In this document: positions 51,968 to 57,843 of the stretch, one piece after another | Layout of the letters: each line of letters opens with the position of its first letter | Numbering within the stretch: the stretch's first letter is position 1 | Source of the DNA: Bacilli bacterium | GTDB lineage: Bacteria; Bacillota_I; Bacilli_A; RF39; UBA660 | NCBI GenBank assembly: GCA_017397685.1 | Contig: JAFQID010000028.1 | Coordinates: forward strand, 1-57,843 | Direction: 5' to 3' | Length of the DNA stretch: 57,843 nucleotides | The notes under the pieces: model-generated | Database searches by the model: none | What the model was told of the DNA's origin: nothing | Seen by the model: only the letters and a program-made list of their open reading frames with translations | Made by a program: the position numbers and the translations under genes

Positions 51968-53173
51968 TTAATTTTCTTCTTCGAGTAAAAAATCAATTAA
52001 ATTTAAATGTACTATACCATCTTTTGATAAATCTATTTTATCTAATGATATTATATATTTTGGATAGTTGTCTTCTATCTTTTTATATACACCAAATTCT
52101 CTTTCTATAGTTTTATTGCTATCTTGCATTTCGTATGTTACTTGAAAATATTTAATAACACCTTCTTTTTTTGCTATAAAATCAACTTCTCCGTTCTTTG
52201 TTTTACCTATAAACACTTCATAATTTCTATTTATTAGTTCATTATAAACTATGTTTTCTAATATAATATAAGTTTTAAATTCTGGATTATTATTTTTTAT
52301 TTGTGCTATTCCTAAGTCGGTTGCATAATATTTATTTAATGTCTTTAAAACTGATTTTCCTGCTATATCATATCTATATACTTTTTTTAAAATTAAAGCT
52401 TTGCATAAAGCGTCTATATAGTTGTATAGTGTTTCATTAGATATTTTTTTATGTTCTTTTTCTAGATAATTAATTATATTTTCTGCGGAAAACTCTCTAC
52501 CTGCTGTTTCTATTAAATATTGTAAAATCATATCGAATAAAATTGTATCTTTTAAATTTAACCTTTTTACTACATCTCTTAGAATAATCGAATCATATAC
52601 ACTATGTAAATAATTTTTAATATCAATTTCGTTTGTGAACTCACATCTATTAGGTAGTCCGCCCCAGCGAGCATAATCCCAAAATGTATTTATGTCCTGC
52701 CCATCTTTATTTGTTAATTTTATAAATTCTTTATATGAAAGAGGATTTATGTTAAATAATACGTATCTGCCGGATAAAACGGATGATAGTTCATCAGATA
52801 ACATTTTACTATTAGAACCGGTGATGAATATACTTATATTTTTTACTCTAGCTCTGATTGAATTTATAACTCGTTCAAAATTATTGACATTTTGTATTTC
52901 ATCTAAAAATAAATAATACATTTTTTCATCTTTAATATGATTTTTTATGTAATTATTAAGTTTTTTATAATCTAATAATTCTTCAAATTCGATAAACTCG
53001 AAGTTTATAAATATTATATGCTCTTCATCAATATTTCTTTCTTGTTTTAGTTCTTCTATTATTTGACTTAATATAACAGATTTTCCACATCTTCTTATTC
53101 CAACTAATATTTTAATTAAATCCGAATTATAAAAACCTCTAATTTTTGATAAATATTGTTCTCTAATTAACAT
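51968..53173 (-). CDS. AAA ATPase (AAA_14 plus DUF4143 type)
   Basis: GIRRCGKS, LDEIQ, ITGSNS, LSGR, GGLP, KYYATDLG, EVDF...QV. Confidence 0.9.
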   Translation of the reverse strand: MLIREQYLSKIRGFYNSDLIKILVGIRRCGKSVILSQIIEELKQERNIDEEHIIFINFEFIEFEELLDYKKLNNYIKNHIKDEKMYYLFLDEIQNVNNFERVINSIRARVKNISIFITGSNSKMLSDELSSVLSGRYVLFNINPLSYKEFIKLTNKDGQDINTFWDYARWGGLPNRCEFTNEIDIKNYLHSVYDSIILRDVVKRLNLKDTILFDMILQYLIETAGREFSAENIINYLEKEHKKISNETLYNYIDALCKALILKKVYRYDIAGKSVLKTLNKYYATDLGIAQIKNNNPEFKTYIILENIVYNELINRNYEVFIGKTKNGEVDFIAKKEGVIKYFQVTYEMQDSNKTIEREFGVYKKIEDNYPKYIISLDKIDLSKDGIVHLNLIDFLLEEEN

Positions 53174-53177
53174 TATA

Positions 53178-53280
53178 TCACCTCTATTACATTATATAAC
53201 ATCTTTCACTATTTGTAAAGTTATTACGGTCTATCGTAATAACTTTTTGTTTTTGAATTTTATTACGGTTTGTTTTATAT
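53178..53280. repeat. Element A, copy 1: palindrome, promoter and RBS of the AAA ATPase
   Basis: About 95% identical to 53638-53740; AAAGTTATTACG/CGTAATAACTTT palindrome; TTTACA/TATAAT and GAGGTGA on the minus strand. Confidence 0.92.
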
Positions 53281-53295
53281 ATATTGTTTCTCCTT

Positions 53296-53550
53296 TTAAT
53301 GCTGTTTTTTTAACATCGTCATTTTTTTTACAACTCTACATTTATCATTCATTGTTTTTGCCTCTTGTTTATATATTTCATCTAATTCATTATTAATTCT
53401 TTGTTCTGTGGCTGATACATAGGAAGGATCAATTTTTTCTGTATGAAATGCAAAACCAGAATTATGTTTATTTTTTTGTGTTGTAGCATTGATTTCGTTT
53501 ATTTCTTTTTTATATATTTCAGAAAGTATACATTCTAATTTACTTTTCAT
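53296..53550 (-). CDS. Hypothetical protein (84 aa)
   Basis: AGAGGT RBS supplied by element B. Confidence 0.65.
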   Translation of the reverse strand: MKSKLECILSEIYKKEINEINATTQKNKHNSGFAFHTEKIDPSYVSATEQRINNELDEIYKQEAKTMNDKCRVVKKMTMLKKQH

Positions 53551-53640
53551 AAAACACCTCTTTCTTATTTTTTTATTATTTATCTTTTTAATTTCTTTAA
53601 TATTTTAGAACCTGTTTTTGCTCTATCTATTATACTGTCA
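53548..53640. repeat. Element B, orphan copy: 3' tail of the 219-aa gene plus spacer, RBS and ATG
   Basis: 89/93 identical to 54355-54447. Confidence 0.92.
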
Positions 53641-53740
53641 CCTCTATTACGTTATATAACACCTTTTGCTATTTGTAAAGTTATTACGGTCTACCGTAAT
53701 AACTTTTTGTTTTTGAATTTTATTACGGTTTGTTTTATAT
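53638..53740. repeat. Element A, copy 2 (no ATPase gene follows)
   Basis: Matches 53178-53280; -10 reads TATAAC. Confidence 0.92.
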
Positions 53741-53751
53741 GGCTTATCTTT

Positions 53752-54357
53752 TTAACGAGTTTTTTTATTCAATGATTTTTTATATATTTCTATTAAGTCT
53801 GGGTCGTTTTGATTTTCTGGCAAATTATCTAAATCAAAAAATTTCATTTCTTTAGATTCACTATCCCATTTAATATCTCCAGAATAATTTCTAACACAAT
53901 AAAGAGCTGTATTATTAATAACAACATCTCCGTTTGGATATTCGTTTCTTCTGCTGTTACCTGATACTATTGCTATTAATTCTAGATTTTCTTCTGTTAT
54001 ATCAAGGTTAGTTTCTTCTTTTACTTCTCGAATTACTGTATCTTCAAATCTTTCCCCTAATTCTTGACATCCTCCTGGCAAGCCCCATCTATCATTATCG
54101 GCTCTTGATTGCATTAATATTTCTCCGTTATTGTTTACTATTATCGCTGCCGCACCATCTTGAAGAAGGACAAATTTGTGTTTTAGTACTCCCATGCAAA
54201 GTCTTGTAAATACTGGATATCCAATAATATTACTTAGCTCTATTATTTCATTTGGAGTTAATTTATTTATAATTTCTATTAATTCCTCATAATTTATATT
54301 TCTTTTTTCTTGGTTTGTTAAGTTTTTAATTTTATCTAATATTTCTTTATTTGTCAT
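53752..54357 (-). CDS. NUDIX hydrolase
   Basis: WGLPGGCQELGERFEDTVIREVKEETNL; YPNGD. Confidence 0.92.
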   Translation of the reverse strand: MTNKEILDKIKNLTNQEKRNINYEELIEIINKLTPNEIIELSNIIGYPVFTRLCMGVLKHKFVLLQDGAAAIIVNNNGEILMQSRADNDRWGLPGGCQELGERFEDTVIREVKEETNLDITEENLELIAIVSGNSRRNEYPNGDVVINNTALYCVRNYSGDIKWDSESKEMKFFDLDNLPENQNDPDLIEIYKKSLNKKTR

Positions 54358-54386
54358 AAAATACCTCTTTCTTAATTTTTTATTAT

Positions 54387-55046
54387 TTATCTTTTTAATT
54401 TTTTTAATATTTTAGAACCTGTTTCTGCTCTATCTATTATACTGTCAATATCTCCGTATACTAATCCTGTGTCTATCATGTCTTGTATGTCGCTTAGTTT
54501 AACATTTTTTACATATTCAATATCAAATAAGTTTAATTGATTTTTTATATTTTCAGGTATAAGTTCTACAAAACGGCCTTGTTTTAACAAATGAAGTAAG
54601 TATAAGTTATAAGGTAATTCAATTAAGTATGGTAATTCATAGTTTTCATTATCACTATATAAATTATACCAAGTACCATGTTCTGTGTTTAATAAATTAC
54701 TTATTTGTCCTTTAAACAAATCTTTAGCTACTGTTGTTATATGATTTTTATCAAACTCTCCGTCAATATAACGATCTAATATTTCTTTCATTTTTGCATC
54801 TGGTTGCATTATACTTAACTGTGAATATATACCCCTATTATTATCGTAATTTATATCATCCCATGATATTATAGAACGTTCAATAAAACTCCTTATTGTA
54901 TTTGTGTTATTAGTGCTCAAAATATTAAAGTCAATGTTATTTCTATTTCTTTGAATAACATTTTTTTTATATTTTTTTATTTCTTCTTCTTTTTCTTCTA
55001 AAGTATAAATATCTATACTATTTTCTTTTTTATCATATATTAACAT
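54387..55046 (-). CDS. Hypothetical protein, tandem paralog B (219 aa)
   Basis: Shares the N-terminal ~40 aa and C-terminal ~75 aa with 55092-55889. Confidence 0.8.
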   Translation of the reverse strand: MLIYDKKENSIDIYTLEEKEEEIKKYKKNVIQRNRNNIDFNILSTNNTNTIRSFIERSIISWDDINYDNNRGIYSQLSIMQPDAKMKEILDRYIDGEFDKNHITTVAKDLFKGQISNLLNTEHGTWYNLYSDNENYELPYLIELPYNLYLLHLLKQGRFVELIPENIKNQLNLFDIEYVKNVKLSDIQDMIDTGLVYGDIDSIIDRAETGSKILKKLKR

Positions 55047-55091
55047 ATTTGATTCCTCCCCTGGTTAATATTATTTATTTTTATATAATAT

Positions 55092-55889
55092 TTATCTTTT
55101 AATTTTTTTTAATATGAGAGAGCCTGTTTCAGCTTTTTCAATAACTGTGTCCATAGTTCCGGTTAATAAACCTGTGTCTATTATATCTTGGATGTCGCTT
55201 AGTTTAATATTTTTTACATACTCTATATCGAATAAAGTTAATTGTTTTTTTATGTCTTCAGTTGTTAATTCACTAAAACGCCCTTGCCCTAGTAAATGTA
55301 GTAAGTATAAACTTCTTGGCATAGTCATTAAATAGGCTAATTTCCAAATTTCTTTTGAACTTGTTTCGTAACCAACTATATATGGATTACCTTTTGTTTG
55401 AAGTAAATCGTATAAATAGTTGTATCCTAATTTTCTTTTTTTCTCTGGTGAAAATAATTTTATTGTGTCCCATTTTTTAAACACTGAATCATACATATTT
55501 TCATATGCACTTCTTGGCATATTAGAATCATAAACTCCAGAAATATAATTTTCAAATATTTCATCTATATCTTCTTTTGAGATTGAAGCGTTACCTATTG
55601 ATGGATTAATTTCTTGCTTTAATAAACTTGCATAGGCTACGCTTTCTAATGATGAATATGTTTCATAATTAGGTGTATATATGTAAAGGTTATTAGTTGT
55701 ATTTTTGCGAAAGTTGTTTGGATATACAAAACGTTTCATTGTATCTTTATCAGTGGTCGTTAAACTGTAAAAATCTATATTACTTTTATTTCTTTGTATA
55801 ACATTTTTTTTATATTTTTTTATTTCTTCTTCTTTTTTTTCTAAAGTATAAATATCTATACTATTTTCTTTTTTATCATATATTAACAT
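55092..55889 (-). CDS. Hypothetical protein, tandem paralog A (265 aa)
   Basis: GGGGAGGA RBS; upstream 29 bp identical to that of paralog B. Confidence 0.8.
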   Translation of the reverse strand: MLIYDKKENSIDIYTLEKKEEEIKKYKKNVIQRNKSNIDFYSLTTTDKDTMKRFVYPNNFRKNTTNNLYIYTPNYETYSSLESVAYASLLKQEINPSIGNASISKEDIDEIFENYISGVYDSNMPRSAYENMYDSVFKKWDTIKLFSPEKKRKLGYNYLYDLLQTKGNPYIVGYETSSKEIWKLAYLMTMPRSLYLLHLLGQGRFSELTTEDIKKQLTLFDIEYVKNIKLSDIQDIIDTGLLTGTMDTVIEKAETGSLILKKIKR

Positions 55890-55919
55890 ATTTGATTCCT
55901 CCCCTGGTTAATATTATTA

Positions 55920-57203
55920 TTAGAAGATTCTCTCTTCGTATTCGAACTCTTGATCTAGTATTTTTACTATGTCTCCCTCTTTTGCTCCTAGGTGAGATAG
56001 TTCTTCATCTACTCCTAAGTTTTTAAGTTTTTTTGCAAATCTCATAGCTGATTCATCTGAGTTAAATTTTGTCATTTTAAGTAATGTTTCTAGTTCTTTT
56101 CCCGATACTATCCATACTCCATCTGATTCTTTTTCTATTTTATATGGTTTTGTTTTTTTGAACTCATATAATACATAATCTTCAAATTCTGATTCTTTGT
56201 ATGGATTTGCGTCTTGTGTTTCTATCAAGATTTCTTTTAATCCAAATATTAGCTTTTTTATTCCTTCTCTAGTTGCGGCGCTTACTTCGATTATTTTTAG
56301 GTTTGGATATTCTTTTTTAAATCTTTCTAGATTTTCTTTGGAATTAGGTAAATCCATTTTATTTGCAACTATTAGTTCTTTTTTGTTATATAATTCTTCA
56401 CTATATTTTTTTATTTCATTTCTTATTATTTTATAGTCCTCTATTACATCTCTTCCATCAACTTGTCCAAAGTCTAGAACGTGTGCGACTATTTTACATC
56501 TTGATGCGTGTTTTAAGAATTTGTCTCCAAGTCCTATTCCTTCACTTGATCCTTCGATTAATCCTGGTAGGTCCGCTACTACATAACTATAATCATCTGC
56601 TTTTACTACTCCTAGGTTTGGAGTGAGTGTTGTAAAATGGTAGTCTGCAATTTTTGGCTTTGCTGCGCTTATGCAAGATATAAGAGAACTTTTTCCAACT
56701 GATGGGAAACCTACAAGGCCTACGTCGGCTAGTAATCTAAGTTCACAAATTACATTTCTTGATTCTCCAGGCTGTCCATATTCACTTGTTGTAGGTGCTT
56801 TGTTTTTGTTAGTTTTAAATGCTGCGTTTCCTTTTCCACCTCTTCCACCTTTTGCAATAATAGCTTCCTGATTTGCTTTTGTTAAATCTGCGATTATAAG
56901 GTTAGTATCAGCATCTTTTATTGTTGTTCCGATTGGCACTTCGATTATTGTATGGTTTGCTGATGCTCCGGTCATATCGCTACCTTTTCCTGGTAGACCA
57001 TTTTCTCCTTTTATAGTTTTTTTATATCTTAAGTCTATTAGTGTTTTTAACCCTGGATTTGCTTTAAATATTATATCTCCTCCATGTCCACCATTTCCTC
57101 CGTCTGGTCCCCCCATTGCGACATATTTTTCACGATGAAAAGAAGTGCACCCATCTCCACCTTTTCCACCTTCTATTTTTAATATTACTTCATCTATAAA
57201 CAT
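55920..57203 (-). CDS. obgE: GTPase ObgE/CgtA
   Basis: MFIDE, GGPDGGNGGHGG, GFPSVGKS, YHFTTL, DLPGLIEG, NKMD, OCT domain. Confidence 0.98.
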   Translation of the reverse strand: MFIDEVILKIEGGKGGDGCTSFHREKYVAMGGPDGGNGGHGGDIIFKANPGLKTLIDLRYKKTIKGENGLPGKGSDMTGASANHTIIEVPIGTTIKDADTNLIIADLTKANQEAIIAKGGRGGKGNAAFKTNKNKAPTTSEYGQPGESRNVICELRLLADVGLVGFPSVGKSSLISCISAAKPKIADYHFTTLTPNLGVVKADDYSYVVADLPGLIEGSSEGIGLGDKFLKHASRCKIVAHVLDFGQVDGRDVIEDYKIIRNEIKKYSEELYNKKELIVANKMDLPNSKENLERFKKEYPNLKIIEVSAATREGIKKLIFGLKEILIETQDANPYKESEFEDYVLYEFKKTKPYKIEKESDGVWIVSGKELETLLKMTKFNSDESAMRFAKKLKNLGVDEELSHLGAKEGDIVKILDQEFEYEERIF

Positions 57204-57260
57204 ATTTTATCCCCTCGCTAATATATTTTAACATATTTTCTATTTTTTTAATAATTTATG

Positions 57261-57843
57261 TTATTTTTTTCTTCCAAAAGTCATTCCAATTTTTTGTAAT
57301 AACTCTCCTTCTTTACTATTTGGTAGTATTGTTTTTCTTTGTTTGTATACCCACTGACCTAATTTTATTTTTCCGTTTTCATCATATTCATATCCATTAT
57401 TAGTTTTGAAATCTAAATGAACATTTAAATTTCCATATGTTTCATAGTATTTTTTGGCATATTCATATTTTTCTTCCCATGCTAGTTTTTCATTACTAAA
57501 TGTAACTGCTATTTCTTTTATTTTTTTTCCTTCATTGGAATTTAACCATTTTCCAAGTTTTAGTCCATTTTCATCATATTCGTATCCATTATTAGTTTTG
57601 AAATCTATTGGGACATCTATATTTCCATAAACTTCGTAATATTTTTTTAATAGTCGATATCCTTGCATCATATTTATACTTCTTTTAGGAAAGAATAATC
57701 CGATTTTTTCTAACATTTCTGCTTTTGGAGAATTATGTGCTAATGTTTTTCTTTGTTTGGCTACCCATAAACCTAGTTCTACACTTCCACTATCATCATG
57801 TTCATATCCATTATTTGTTTTGAAGTCGATTGGAACTTCTAAA
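57261..57843 (-). CDS. Helicase-associated (HA) domain repeat protein, 5'-partial
   Basis: Frame stays open to the window edge (LEVPIDFKTNNGYEHDDSGSVELGLWVAKQR); at least three YY..YGN..V..DFKTNNGYE...LG.W repeats. Confidence 0.85.
   Translation of the reverse strand, partial: LEVPIDFKTNNGYEHDDSGSVELGLWVAKQRKTLAHNSPKAEMLEKIGLFFPKRSINMMQGYRLLKKYYEVYGNIDVPIDFKTNNGYEYDENGLKLGKWLNSNEGKKIKEIAVTFSNEKLAWEEKYEYAKKYYETYGNLNVHLDFKTNNGYEYDENGKIKLGQWVYKQRKTILPNSKEGELLQKIGMTFGRKK

Overview
Very AT-rich chromosomal segment of a reduced-genome Bacilli-type bacterium. It uses the standard code (TGA is a stop), and gene order follows Bacillus (queA-tgt-yrzE-yrbG-spoVB, 6S-yrvM-rarA, xerD-deoB, dnaB-dnaI...thrS, rpsT/spoIIP, yqeG-yqeH). 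Assignment to an RF39-like gut lineage is my inference. The backbone carries housekeeping and sporulation genes (spoIIM, spoIIP, spoVB), four tRNAs, a 6S RNA and a Thr T-box. I see no CRISPR array, reverse transcriptase or transposase. Accessory material: (1) orphan genes stacked in tandem at fixed slots with duplicated flanks, and downstream of obgE two unrelated ORFs sit between near-identical left and right flanks with the swap exactly at the ATG; (2) many of these orphans end in a similar Lys/Arg-rich C-terminal tail, a candidate targeting signal; (3) three paralogous surface proteins with a variable lectin-like C-terminal segment, two behind a promoter with a G8 tract between -35 and -10; (4) a 57-aa (RSNNSS)x8 microprotein with purely synonymous repeat variation and a sigG-like promoter; (5) a mini-island with a candidate ~175-nt ncRNA, a ~110-bp hairpin and a truncated phage-type initiator with iterons; (6) an orphan ORF between the T-box and thrS; (7) an AbiE toxin-antitoxin pair. 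All family calls come from motif recognition, not database searches.
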